The translations under genes and the position numbers were made by a program. A stretch of DNA of 64,000 nt. Origin: Octopus sinensis. Lineage: Eukaryota. Shown here piece after piece: positions 1-13,129 of this stretch (positions are counted from its first letter, which is position 1; every line of letters begins with the position of its first letter). The DNA lies in assembly GCF_006345805.1 (NCBI RefSeq), contig NC_042998.1:199950001-200014000 (forward strand), written 5' to 3'. Under the pieces are notes generated by a model. That model was not told the DNA's origin. It ran no database searches and was given only the letters and a program-made list of their open reading frames with translations.

Positions 1-344
1 ATTTTATTATATTTTGTAAGGATTTTTCCTGCGAAATTTTACCATCTGCTTCTGAAGAGAATTTACAAGATTCATCACTTTAACAATGACACACACTTAA
101 AGATCTGTTAAAAGAGATAATTTAACATATACAAGATACAACCATTCTCTTATAAAAGACAAAGCAACAGAAAAATATCAATGATTTATTATAACGTGTC
201 TTTTCATCTTCAAGTTCCTACCCGGCTAGCAAAATATGTAAATATCTCTCAAAACACCCCAAATATTACAAATTATTAGTAGAAGCAAGATTAAGTTCAC
301 ATTCTTAGCCACTTACAATTTTATACAATCATTCACCTTGTCAT

Positions 345-543
345 ATACTCTTTACTCTCTCTTTTACTTGTTTCAGTCATTTGACTGCGGCCATGCTGGA
401 GCACCGCCTTTAGTCGAGCAAATCGACCCCGGGACTTATTCTTTGTAAGCCCAGTACTTATTCTATTAGTCACTTTTGCCGAACCACTAAGTGACGGGTA
501 CGTAAACACACGCATCGGTTGTCAAGCAATGCTAGGGGGACAA

Positions 544-582
<39 letters not shown>

Positions 583-754
583 CATATATACGACAGGCTT
601 CTTTCAGTTTCTGTCTACCAAATCTACTCACAAGGCATTGGTCGGCCCGGGGCTAGAGCAGAAGACACTTGCCTAAGATGCCACGCAGTGCGACTGAACC
701 CGGAACCATGTGGTTGTTTAGCAAGCTACTTACCACTCAGCCACTGCTGCGCCT
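345..754 (-). mobile_element. tRNA-derived SINE, family A (full length, ~410 bp)
   Basis: Reverse complement of the copies at 5643 and 6383: head AGGCGCAG.AGTGGCTG, CORE-like CTTAGGCAAGTGTCTTC, internal (TA)/(TG) tract, tail GCATGGCCGCAGTCAAATGACTGAAACAAGTAAAAGAG. Possibly the octopus OK family; name not verified. Confidence 0.9.
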
Positions 755-1060
755 ATGTAACCCCAAAAAAAAATCTATCCAGCCTATCAGTGCAACTTCT
801 CCACATAATTGCAATTGGAAATTTCAGTTGCAATGTCAAATACAATGCAGAAGCTACTGAGAATAGTGAGACACAGACAATAGTGGAATGATGTCGAAGT
901 AACAACAACAACAACAAAAACTGACAATATAACCCCCGACCAACCATGCGAGACCGTGTGTGTGTGTGTATATGTGTGTGTGTAAGTGTCTGTGTGTGCG
1001 TGTGTGCGTGTAAGAAAAGTCAGATTTAGTAACAGAAGAGTATTCTAGTGAAATGAATTA

Positions 1061-1456
1061 TCTTTATATATAAAAGTGAAGTTGTGTGTCTGTCTCCTAC
1101 GATTTAGATTCCTAACTACTCCCACATTTTGCGGTGCAGTGTAACCAAAAGCGGGTATCTTATAGTCGTGATTCATATCGAGCCCTTCTGGGTATTAGCG
1201 CGCGTCTACGATGAGTCTACGTTTAAAAAAAAAATTAACATAATTTTACGCATTTTTAATGTATTTTCGCTCGGTTTATATAAGGGAAGTAACTCTCTAA
1301 AAATGTATTATTAAATCTCAGAACGTAAAAAGCTACAGTAACCCCCCCCCCTTTGTGGTTAACCATATTGAGATGGCTATTATACTTTACATCTCTAAAA
1401 ATGCTTATATACTTATTTCCCTTACAAACCCGAGCAACGCCGGGCGATACTGCTAG
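1061..1456 (+). mobile_element. Non-autonomous Helitron
   Basis: Starts TC (1061) after A, ends CTAG (1453-1456) before T. Subterminal hairpin CCCG-agcaacgc-CGGG at 1429-1444. The 5' end TCTTTATATATAAAAG..GTGTGTCTGTCT is typical of animal non-autonomous Helitrons. Confidence 0.75.
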
Positions 1457-2101
1457 TCTTTTATATAACCTTTTTGTAAACCACTGTGGATAAATCCCAG
1501 CAATGGCCTTCTGAGACTCTCCAATATTTCAAAATTATAAATAGACACAATATATATCAGAGTGACAAACTAGGAAGGTGGTTGTGAGATGTACTTGACA
1601 CAACACACAAATTTCCCTTAAATATGACACCTTTAGCGTCTGAAATTATTTACATTTTTTTCTTTTTTACCAAAAGGGCTCCTCCCATGGTTTTTAAGTA
1701 TGTAGAAACGTGAAAGTTGGCAAAAATCGGTCTGCAGTTGGGGGATTGTGAAATTGGTGATAAAAAGCCATAAATTTTGGAATTTTATTTTTATAAAATG
1801 GTGCCTCTCATCATTTCAAATGTGTGGTGAAAAACAAATTGGAGAAATCCCCGTCACAAGAGAGAAAGCCAAACTTATGTGGGAATACGCATGCAAAATT
1901 CCGCCTAATTGTCCTCAAGAAGTCCTCCTTATATCCAGGACAGGTTGAGTGATTGATGTTGAAATATTGGTCTTTGCGAATGTTAGATCCATAGAAGCTG
2001 ATTGTCGGGCAGGAATTCTCGAAATGGCAGAATCGTTAATGCGTCAAAGAGAATGTCTTATAATATCAATTGCAGTTGTCGGAGCTCAAATGTCGGAGTT
2101 C

Positions 2102-2134
2102 AAATCTTTGGTCGAAGCATATCTAATTTATCTA
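2102..2134 (+). mobile_element. Extremely 5'-truncated CR1/L2-type LINE tail
   Basis: AATCTTTGGTCGAAGCATATCTAATTTATCTA closely matches the 3' terminus of the LINE at 62120-62396 (AATCTTTGGTCGAAACATATCTAAGTTATCTA). Confidence 0.45.
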
Positions 2135-2147
2135 CAATATGTATATT

Positions 2148-2503
2148 GTGGAGGTGCAATGGCCAAGTATTTAGGGTTTCGATTCCTATATTGGGCGCTG
2201 TGAGTATTTTATTGAGTGGAAATACCTAAAGTCCCACGCTTCTCCGTAAGAGGTTGTAGGCGAACCCTGCCGTACTCTTTCACCACAAATTTCTCTCACT
2301 CTTTCTTCCTGTTTCTGTTGTGTCTGTATTTCAAACGGCTAACCTTGTCACACTCTGTGACATGCTGAATCTCCTCCGAGAACTACGTTAAAGGTACATG
2401 TGTCTCTGGAGTGCTCAACCACTTGCACGTTAATTTCACGAGCAGGCTGTTCCGTTGATCGGATCAACTGGTACCCTTATCGTCGTTACCGATTGAGTGC
2501 CCC
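2148..2503 (+). mobile_element. SINE family B, diverged, with a deletion in the tRNA head
   Basis: GTGGAGGTGCAATGGCC head and 3' body colinear with the copy at 60688. About 28 bp between TTAGGG and TTTCGATT are missing. Confidence 0.85.
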
Positions 2504-4285
2504 TATTCACACACACACACACACGCACTAAAACAAACTGAGGTTCACTACATCTGATTCAGACATGTATTTTTATTGTGTATGCACATCGATTCTCTCA
2601 TTTTCCTGTCGGTTCTTCAGCCGATGGAAACGGTTGCATGATATAATTCATTTTTCCATAAACTAACTAACACGTCTGAAGTATTTGTGTTATTATTTAT
2701 ACTACACCAAACTCTGAACCTTCCGTACGTTGAATCTTGATCCTTCAGTGGACCGTAGATTGCATGACGGAGTATACTTTTTTATGATCATATGTATAAT
2801 TGGTCTATGTATGAGTAACTGTAAGGATAAATCTATATATGCTTTAGTAAGTACGAAAGTGTTTGTACATATTGTTAATACCCAGGTATGCCATCCTCGA
2901 ATCTACATCGGTGAATTTGTTATTAAAATACTTCGTTTCTATTGGCTTCTGAAAATAATTACACACACACACACATGTAGATTGATAGATAGATGTACAT
3001 CTAGATATATACATATGTATATATATATATATATATAATATATATATATTATATATATATATATATAAACCATACAACTATATTGATGTAGTTTCCTGTT
3101 ATAAGTGTGTCTTTTAATGAATTATGATAAAGCCTTGAATCAAAACAAAACAAACCAAAAAAAGAAAAGCACAAGCATCAATGTTAAATAAGTACCAGAA
3201 GACACAAGAAAACCTAAAAACCTACGTGAAAGATACAGAACTACTGTTCCACATATTTGGGATTGATAGAATCAGAACATGGAGGAGAGCAAATTTGAAA
3301 TTGCGTGATTTTATTTTGCCTTTCAGATCGGCAAGTTCACTTGCTGATAATAAAACTATGATAACGTATACTACAAAATCAGTATTCCTCAATGATAGCG
3401 CCACTTTGTATATAAAGTGTGGTATCAACAAGATATCGATCAACACATACTCAAATATATCTGCTCGCAGGTTACAAGAGAGACACGTGTCTTTAGACGA
3501 ATTAAATTTCTGTATAATTCACGAGCATAGATTTTATAGGGGGGAATTTTTCTCTACCCAACCAACAACACCGTTAATTTGGATCTCTGGCACATCTCTG
3601 TAGAATTTATGCACATTGTGACTGCGAATTCCAGAAAACTTTCGCGCTATAATATATTATATCATTGACGCTATACGTTTAAGCATCTGAGTATCTCGTC
3701 GTCATACAAAATGCTCTGAGATTCTCTGACTTTCCAAAAATCTAACTGAAAATCAATTAATTCAGAGTTCTCAAACTGTTCAAGCTCAAACATACTTATA
3801 GGTAACAAAATGGATCATTATGACAATACCACAGATAAGAACCAGCTATATGTCAGGAAGGTAAAGATAGAAAAAATCTGCAGAAGCTTTATGTTTGAGA
3901 CTTTGAACAATTTTCCTATCTGCTATCTTATGACAACGTGCAAACAAATACCTAAAACGAATCGTTCATAGAAACTGAAAGCGAAATATAATGCTTCCAC
4001 AAGATGTGACAAGAGTAAATGAAAGCAGTCTTATGGAGTCATCAATAAAATAATTCTAGCCCTGTAAATAAAAGAGATATAGTTTGAAGGAGGCGACTCA
4101 CTGTATACACACAAAAGGTAAATGGAATTACGGATGAACTCTTCAACAAAGTTTTCACTATCAAATTTGTACATATGAAGTTAACTGACCAAGATAAGAT
4201 CGTCAATTCTGAAGGTTCTATTGGGAAACGGTTGTAATCAACCACGTTGATACAAAGCAAATTGCAATATTTGTTCGAGAAATAA

Positions 4286-4500
4286 GGTAGCGAGCTGGCA
4301 GAGTCGTTTGAATGCCGAGCAAAATGCTTCACATCATTTTTTACCGTCTTCACGTTCTGAGTTGAAATTCCGCCGAGATCGACTTTACCGTTCATCCTTT
4401 TAGTATCGACAAATTAAGTAACATTTAAACACTGGGGTCAACAACATTGACCCCCCCCCCCGGAATTGCTAGTCATGCGCCAAAATTTGAAATCAATATT
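4286..4500 (+). mobile_element. SINE family C (alternative tail variant), diverged
   Basis: GCGAGCTGGCAGA head, B-box-like GAGTTGAAATTCC, central GATCGACTTT..TTCATCC, tail GCGCCAAAATTTGAAATCAATATT. Confidence 0.8.
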
Positions 4501-5147
4501 TGGTCGATATTGAAAGAAAATTTTATCCTCAAAATGTTAAGCTATGAACCAAACTTGAAGGATACTATCTCACTTTATACATCAACAAAAGAAAAAAAAC
4601 GCAGAATATATACCACGAAAAACGGGAAGGAACGTCAGAAAGCAAAAGGAGAAAAAAAGAGAGAACGGATGTAGGAGAAAGAGAAATACTAATTATACTT
4701 TTGGGAGAAAATTACTTGAAAAGAGGTAACCAATTGTTATGTCGCACGTTCGGATGAGCTCTACTCAACTCTACTCATAGTCTACACAGCTGTGCTCCCT
4801 GACGTCAAGGATTCTCCCTCTATATCTACGTATTGGGCTAGCCTACTTTATTGTCTGGGGGTGTCCATGCAACACCAATATAGATCTTATCTCAGGAAAC
4901 CTGCCGTTCATAAATCCTACGGTAAAAGGACTGTATATCACGCTGCTACTCAATGAATCAAACGCAACTATAACATACATATATATTCCATGACCTCTTT
5001 CGACAAAGAACAACAAATATATTCATGAAGGATGAGTTCTCAGCCTTACTGAAATACAAAGAGCATCGCTGTATCATTTATTTTCATGAATCAAGTTGTT
5101 TTAAAATAACAATATACATATAATAACAATAAGTAACTACTAAAAAA

Positions 5148-5364
5148 TGATTTCAAATTTTCGCACAAGGCCAACAATTTCAGGGATGGTGCTACCCCTT
5201 CCCTGAAATTGCATCGACCCCGGCGTTCCACTGGTACATATTTTATCGAAGCCGAGCGGATGAAATGTAAAGTCGACCTCGGTGGAATTTGAACCCAGAA
5301 CGTAAAGACGGACGAGATGCCGCTAAGCATTTTATCTGGTGTACTTGACGATGCTGCCAGCGTC
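5148..5364 (-). mobile_element. SINE family C (alternative tail variant)
   Basis: Reverse complement of the family C body with the GGCCTTGTGCGAAAATTTGAAATC tail. Confidence 0.8.
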
Positions 5365-5642
5365 AAGGTTGTACAAAATAATAAAAACATGATTATAATG
5401 ACAAAAAAGAAGAACGATTGCTTTAATTTGTCACAGGCAGCGCGGAACATATCTTGTGTATTCATTATTTATAGACTAATTAATTAAATCTATATTCTTA
5501 ATCATGGAGACTGAATAGAAAATGATTTACTGTAGAAGTCTAACGAGAGCAAAACCTGTCTGTTCCGTCTAGCAGTTTGATTTAGATATCAATTCCACTT
5601 CAATCTACATTGTCTGTAAAATTCCTTACAGTTTAATCACCA

Positions 5643-6050
5643 AGCGCAGGAGTGGCTGTGTGGTAAGCAGCTTGCTTACAAACCACATGGTTTTAGGGTT
5701 CAGTCCCACTGCGTGGAACCCTTGGGCAAGTGTCTTCTACTATAGCCTCGGGCCGACCAATGCCTTGTGAGTGGATTTGGTAGATGGAAACTGAAAGAAG
5801 CCCGTCGTATATATGTATATATATGTGTGTGTGTGTGTTTGTGTGTCTGTGTTTGTCCCCCTAGCATTGCTTGACAACCGATGCTGGTGTTTTTATGTCC
5901 CCGTCACCTAGCGGTTCGGCAAAAAGAGACCGATAGAATAAGTACTGGGCTTACAAAGAATAAGTCCCGGGGCCGAGTTGCTCGATTAAAGGTGGTGCTC
6001 CAGCATGGCCACAGTCAAATGACTGAAAAAAGTAAAAGAGTAAAAGAGAG
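5643..6050 (+). mobile_element. SINE family A (full length)
   Basis: A-box-like TGGCTGTGTGG, B-box-like GGTTCAGTCCC, CORE-like CTTGGGCAAGTG, stem-loop tail CAGTC-AAAT-GACTG followed by (GTAAAAGA)n. Confidence 0.9.
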
Positions 6051-6080
6051 AGTAGACCACCTTTTAGATCTGTTCCTAAC

Positions 6081-7085
6081 ATGTTAATATTAATTTTAAT
6101 CCGCTTAATTATGTTTATAGAAAAAATACTTGGGCAATCTAAAAAGATCTAAGTTTCCCATCTCGCTCGTTATAATAATGAGGTTGTCTTCTCATCCATG
6201 ATTTTAATAAAATAGATCAATAACTTGGAAGAAATTCAGATTCATAGATTAAATACATTCGAGTTAGTAGATTTCCAAGAACAAACACCATCCCCCTTAT
6301 AAAGTACTGAAGAAAGGATGCCCCAATCACGAGACATTAAGTGGATTTGGTAAACGAAAACTGGAAGAAGCCCATTGTTTGTGTGGCTGTGTGGTAAGTA
6401 GCTTGCTAACCAACCACATAGTTCCGGGTTCAGTCCCACTGCGTGGCATCTTGGGTAAGTGTCTTCTGCTATAGCCCCGGGCCGACCAATGCCTTGTGAG
6501 TGGATTTGGTAGATGAAAACTGAAAGAAGCCTGTCGTATATATGTATAAATATATATATGTATGTGTGTGTTTGTGTGTCTGTGTTTGTCCCCCTAGCAT
6601 TGCTTGACAACCGATGCTGGTGTGTTTCCTCCCCGTCACTTAGCGGTTCGGCAAAAGAGACCGATAGAATGAGTACTGGGCTTACAAAGAATAAGTCCTG
6701 GGGTCGATTTGCTCGACTAAAGGCGGTGCTCCAGCATGGCCGCAGTCAAATGACTGAAACAAGTAAAAGAGTAAAAGAGTATGTTAATATCAATTTTAAT
6801 CCGCTTAATTATGTTTATAGAAAAAATTACTTGGGTAATCTAAAAAGATCTAAGTTTCCCATCTCGCTCGTTATAATAATGAGGTTATATTCTCATCCAT
6901 GATTTTAATAAAATAGATCAATAACTTGGAAGAAATTCAGATTAATATATTACATACAGTCGAGTTAGTATATTTCCAAGAACAAACGCAATCCCCCCTA
7001 TAAAGTACTGAAGAAAGGATGCCCCAATCACGAGACATTGAGTGGAGTTGGTAAAGGGAAACTGGAAGAAACCCATTGTTTGTGT
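6081..7085 (+). repeat. Direct repeat of ~305 bp (6081-6384 and 6781-7085) flanking a SINE
   Basis: Both copies run ATGTTAATAT..GATCTAAGTTTCCCATCTCGCTCG..CCCATTGTTTGTGT with scattered substitutions; period 700 bp. Confidence 0.95.
6383..6781 (+). mobile_element. SINE family A, missing the first ~9 nt
   Basis: Begins GTGGCTGTGTGGTAAG; otherwise complete to GTAAAAGAGTA. Confidence 0.9.
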
Positions 7086-7189
7086 ATATATATATTTAGA
7101 GAGAGAGACACACACACACACACGCATGCATTCATACATGTGCACACATAAGTGTAAATATGTATATGTGTATATATGTGTATATATTG

Positions 7190-7246
<57 letters not shown>

Positions 7247-7358
7247 CCCTTATTTTTACGTTGTTTATAATTTTAGCCTTAAAGGTATTTTTATATGTCG
7301 CCACATTTTTTTAAGGAATTTTTGGTTTCTGTAAAAAAGCTTCATCCTATATTAGTAG

Positions 7359-7428
<70 letters not shown>

Positions 7429-7436
7429 TATATATA

Positions 7437-7471
<35 letters not shown>

Positions 7472-7549
7472 ATTTAGAGCTGGACCACCATTTCACAACT
7501 CAGTCAGTGAAGAACCCATCCAAAACAATGCTGTGAGACATATGACATA

Positions 7550-8076
7550 TAAAGAAAACGTTCATCATAAAAATATTAATCTAAAATCATATAAATTATA
7601 AATTGAACGATAAAAATTAATACAATAATATAATGTATAAAGTTAGTACTTGTATATTGACTACGCGCGTTTCATGGCTGAATTAGGACTATATAAAATC
7701 ATATAAGAAACCATATCCAAGTTCATTAGAACTTTATATATATATTTTATTCCTTGTCATGTTCTCATTATTTTATTATCTTATTATTTTTTTATTCCTT
7801 ATCATATTATGACGTAAGTTAACTTTTTGTTTTAGTTTCTTTTTAGGAATTTGACCTGAGGAGTGACCGATTTGGGTAGTATAATCATATTCCATTCTAA
7901 TGAACTTAGATAAAGTTTCTTATATGATTTTATATAGTCCTAATTCAGCCATGAAACGCGCGTAGTCAATGTACTAGTACTTACATTATACATTATATTA
8001 TTGTATTGATTTTTATTTTTCAATTCATACTTTATATGAATTTAGATTAATATTTTTATGATGAATGTTTTCTTTG
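7550..8076. mobile_element. MITE/foldback element with ~182-bp terminal inverted repeats
   Basis: Arm 7550-7731 is the reverse complement of 7895-8076 (for example GACTACGCGCGTTTCATGGCTGAATTAGGACTATATAAAATCATATAAGAAAC). TA lies on both sides (7548-49, 8077-78), suggesting Tc1/mariner origin. Confidence 0.8.
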
Positions 8077-8264
8077 TATGATATTCGATTTTGTACGGTA
8101 TATGTCTCACAGCATGGTTTTGGACGGGCTCTTCATTGAGTTGTGGTTCGTCTCTAAATTAGTTATATACATATATTATATATTACATATTATATATTAC
8201 GAAATTCGATCGAATATTATTATACTGAATTCTACCTGTAAGGTTGGAATAATAGTTTATTCCC

Positions 8265-8306
<42 letters not shown>

Positions 8307-8799
8307 GTATATATATATATATATATATATGAGTTGTGTGTGTATAAATACAAACACACACACACATATATATGTATACGTATGCCGATGCTTACAAGTG
8401 TATGTGTGTGTGTGTGAATATTCAATAATATTCTGTCCGTCTACTTGTGTGTGTATAGTAAATGCCTGTAAGAGTGTGTACTTGCATGTATAAGCATGCA
8501 TGTGTACATGTATGCAAAGCAAACACAGACGCATACGTGCACATGCTCACACGCACTCACATACACACACATACGCACCCACTCTTCTCTAGAGCTAGAG
8601 GAGTTATCAAATAGACAAGCTAGGACAAGTTTGAATAATGTTTACTAAGTTGTTCTTGAAATTTTGCTTATAGAATCAGACATTCACACCTGCTTCCTTC
8701 TTAACGATGTGAAAACTAACAAATATTTCAGATACTCGAAACCTTCTCCCTTTCTTTCTATCGCTCTCAAACTATCTCTCCCTTTCTCACTCACACACT

Positions 8800-8822
8800 C
8801 TATCTATCTATCTATCTATCTA

Positions 8823-8864
<42 letters not shown>

Positions 8865-8865
8865 G

Positions 8866-8908
<43 letters not shown>

Positions 8909-8975
8909 CTCTCTCTCTCCCTCTCTCTCTCTCTCTATCTATCTCTCTCTCTCCCTCTCTCTCTCTATCTATCTA
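8800..8975. repeat. (TCTA)n/(TC)n microsatellite
   Basis: Directly visible. Confidence 0.95.
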
Positions 8976-9591
8976 TGTTATCTAAATGAATCTATTTAAC
9001 TGTTTGTACACGAAGTTATGTATGTAAATATCCATTTGCGCAAGACTATCTAAATGCATATGGAATTGTAGTTATAAAGCTGAATCGGAATATAAAGTCA
9101 AGTGGCAAGTCGTTGCCTCATGTACAATGAATAAAAATTATAAGTGGTGATTTTCATTTTATATTTTAGCTGACTATTCAAAATTTATCTTTATCTTTGG
9201 CGGCTATTTTGTTAAACATATAATATGCTCATTTCTAATCGACATTTCATATTCTTCATTTAGCATGATTCTTTTTATTTAAATTTTCATAGTGTTTTCA
9301 ATTTTTTTTTAATTAGATTTCGAATGTATGACATTCAAGAAATTACCCGCAAATCTATAATGACTGACTAAATTATATTTTTCTGTTACATCTATATATT
9401 TTCCCTCCCGATTCTCTTAATATATTTTCTATAGATTCTTTCCTCCCCGCGTTCTTCTTTATATATCTGCATTACCCCAAAATCTCCATTATGTGTCTGC
9501 ATTACTGTCTCACTCTTACTCTCTCTCTTTCTCTCTTACTCTCTCTCTCTCTCTATCTATCCGTCTGTCTTTCTCTTTCCCTCACTTTCTA

Positions 9592-9622
<31 letters not shown>

Positions 9623-10092
9623 ATACAGCATTCACCCTTTCAGTATGTTATAGAAAATACATTTTAATCGTCAATTTGATATTGTATGGGGTCCCTTCGT
9701 TTTTGAGGTGCCTCACATGGCTGGCTAAGGATATGACGAATCAAGTAAAGGAATAAAAGAATAACAGAATAATAAAGGAAGTATTGCCGTTTTTACACAT
9801 AATCTACGTAAGAATGACGTCGTTCTGCATATTTAACCAAATATTATGAACCACTACATTCGTATAAATTTTTAATCGTGAGCGACCGCGAAAGAACCCT
9901 TACCTCGTCGACTATGTTCAAACTCTTAAGAAAACGGATGCACTCAGCGATCTAAATTTTCTGAAATCTGTTTATCTGTTAAGTGGAACTGGAAAGGTAA
10001 TATGATTATAATTTGTCACCGGTTTATGGCACGTATTTGTACGTAATTTGAATAGTCGGAAGAAGAAAATCTTTTCCACTGTAGCATGGGTC

Positions 10093-10644
10093 GTCTGCCG
10101 TTACGTTCTGAGTTCAAATTCCGCGGAGGTCGACTTTATCTTTCATCTATTCAGGGTCGATTAAATAAGTACCAGTTACGCACTGGGGTCGATATAATCG
10201 AATTAATCCGTTTGTCTGTCCTTGTTTGTCCTCTCTGTGTTTAGCCCCTTGTGGGTAGTAAAGGAATAGGTATTTTGTCTGCCGTTACGTTCTGAGTTCA
10301 AATTCCACCGAGGTCGACCTTACCTTTCATCCTTTCGGTGTCGATTAAATAAGTACCAGTTACGCACAGGGGTCGATATAATCGACTTAATCCGTGTGTC
10401 TGTCTTTGTTTGTCCTCTCTGTGTTTAGCCCCTTGTGGGTAGTAAAGGAACAGGTATTTTGTCTGCCGTTACGTTCTGAGTTCAAATTCCACCGAGGTCG
10501 ACCTTACCTTTCATCCTTTCGGGGTCGATTAAATAAGTACCAGTTACGCACTGGGGTCGATATAATCGAATTAATCCGTTTGCCTGTACTAGTTTCTCCT
10601 CTCTCTTTTTGGCCCCTTGTGGGTAGTAAAGAAATAGGTATTTT
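10093..10644 (+). repeat. Head-to-tail array of three 184-bp headless family C SINE units
   Basis: Units start GTCTGCCGTTACG at 10093, 10277 and 10461; each ends AA(T/C)AGGTATTTT. Confidence 0.95.
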
Positions 10645-12557
10645 ATTTTAAAGCCTTTCAACTTAACGCTTGTTTTTTTATTGCTTCAGTATTCTTCTGG
10701 TCGGAAAGAAAACAGTAAGTAAAAATTGTCATAATATTTAGCGATATATAAGAGAAAACATGTGCGATACATTACTATCTTGTATGTCTGTAATTAAACA
10801 TTTCTGTCTACGAGCCAATAAAATAGCTTCTATGCTCACTCAACACAACAGAAATAGTTACCATTTTAAACTCTTATTACAACAATTAGTTAAGAGAAAA
10901 AATGTACACATTGGCGATTATGTCACGAACATAGAAAAAGATAGAACATCTTTGTTCATATGTAAGTGATGATAACAAATTAATTATCTCTTAGCATAAT
11001 CATTCTGTTCTTGCTGACTCTGTGTATGGCAATACTCTATTCAGGGCTGTGTGATAATCGTACGATGAATAATTGTAGCTTGGGATTCGAAAGTGCGTAC
11101 CGTACTTTACTCATCAGGAATTTCAGCCTTGCTCCGTGGAATGCTTTAAATCGGTAATCAAAATAGTGCTGAAATTTATTAAAGTTCAATATATAACATT
11201 ATTTTTGTATTTAAATTGCAACAATAGTCATTTGTTCTTTGTTAGATACTAGCTGTCTCCCCTAAGGAGGTATGCGGATATTTGTTCTTCAAAAAACAAA
11301 AAAGAGACAAAAAAACATCCATACGTACATACAACCACATTCAATCATATACACATCTTCGCTGAGACAAAATCTTTCTTAGTGACGGCGTGAATCCTGC
11401 GAAGAATAACTTAAATAGATATGAAAGACATACGTACGTACATATAGACATGCGTACGCACATAGAATGTATCGTGCGTAACTGGAGGAGTGAAAGAAAA
11501 AGAGTTTCTCATAGATAATAAAGCTTGAGAGAGGGAGAGAAAGAGAGAGGGGGTGGGGAGAGAGAGAGAAAGGGAAAAAAAGCTATAGGTAGCTTGCCAT
11601 GGCTGAATAACTCCATAGAAATGGAAAAGATATAACGTATTCAACGTTAAAACTAAAGAGAAATAGTCAAATTAGGTTCTATTGAATAGAGAAGGTCAAG
11701 TGTGTCGGACTACACGGTTCAGTGTTTTCCTTTCACTATCTCTTTCATTAAGAATCATTTGACATCAATTCGATACTGATAATTATCACCCCTCATAGTT
11801 ACAATCAAACAAATTCGCAGACACAAAGACAAATAATTACAGTCATACATAGAATAAGGTATTTATACATATGTTGTTTAAATTATCTATCTAAAATTTC
11901 TCACCCTATATACAGACACATAGGCATATGTGCTTATATACGTAAACTCACGCGCAAGTACACAAACGTAAAATTCACACATATAGAAATACATGTATGC
12001 AAGATTGTATATTACATATATATATGTGTATGTGTGTGGATGGGTGGGTATGTACGTGTGTGTGATTCTGTGCGATATATATATATCTATTATATGTGAG
12101 GAGAGTGCGATATATAGTGAGGAAAGAGGAAAAGAGGGGGAGGGAATCGATAGAAAGATAGATAGTTAAGGTGATACACAAGTAAAAATATATGGTGTGT
12201 ATTATGTACTTTTATATATGTATACATACACACACGCACACACCCATATATATATATATGCATACGAACACACACACATACACACACACACACACACAAC
12301 CACACATATACATGGTTGTTTTATGCAAAATTATACACACGAAGAAGTGAAGCAGTAATAGATAACTCGATAATTATAAGTAGAATAGCATCTTTGTTTC
12401 TCCGAATGAAAAGATTCACCGACTGCGAAATCCTGCTCTCCAGGAATTTCAACACTGAGATATTCAATCGAACTTTATGTTGGTTGAAGTTGCTATAACT
12501 TCGACCCAACTTAATTTATTTTAGGTTCATTGTGTTAACAAACAAAAACCCTGGACC

Positions 12558-12722
12558 TTTTCTATTATAGGTGCAAGGCCTGAAATATCGTACTTAATTT
12601 ACCGACCCCAAAAAAATGAAAGGCAAAGTCGACTTCGGCGGAATTTGAACTCAGAACGTAAAGACATACGAAATAACGCAGAGCATTTCGCCCGGCGTAC
12701 TAACGTTTCTACCAGCTCGCCG
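12558..12722 (-). mobile_element. SINE family C, internally deleted
   Basis: Minus-strand CGGCGAGCTGGTAGAAACGTTAG head and GTCGACTTTGCCTTTCAT core, with a shortened tail. Confidence 0.8.
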
Positions 12723-12766
12723 AGATCAATGCTATTATGCATGTGTTCTTTTTGTGTGTGCCTGTG

Positions 12767-12856
<90 letters not shown>

Positions 12857-13129
12857 GTCTGTCTGTCTGTCTTTCTATCTCAATCTATCCTAGACCCGGT
12901 GAGTAGGCTGGTCGTTTTGGATCTTGATGGCAGCTACTTTACTCTGCGTGATGTAGCTTCATTACTACGACAACCATCCGGATATTTAATGATCATACAT
13001 CATATACAGATCACTTAGACTAGACATGCTCCTACTCCCCGGTAATATAAAAAGAATTATTGTGGTCGAACTCTCAGTGCTCTTAGTGAACATACACGAT
13101 ATTTCCCACCAAAGACAGAAAACCAGAAA

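Noticed and set aside
1840-2100. Minus-strand DLNS..SASMDLTF resembling a LINE AP endonuclease
   Set aside because: Too degenerate, with several stops and no SDH motif. The apparent GTGAGT donor at 2200 lies inside a SINE.
3181-3603. 140-aa ORF with a good splice acceptor at ~3308-3326
   Set aside because: No recognisable domain, no linked exon and no convincing in-frame donor; cannot be distinguished from chance without RNA-seq or homology.
9868-9997. Open stretch ERPRKNPYLVDYVQTLKK..SGTGK ending at AAG|GTAAT
   Set aside because: The donor is plausible but the acceptor is weak, the frame is closed just upstream and there is no recognisable homology.
10093-10644. Regularly spaced repeats as a CRISPR-like array
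   Set aside because: Units are contiguous SINE fragments with no unique spacers, in eukaryotic DNA.
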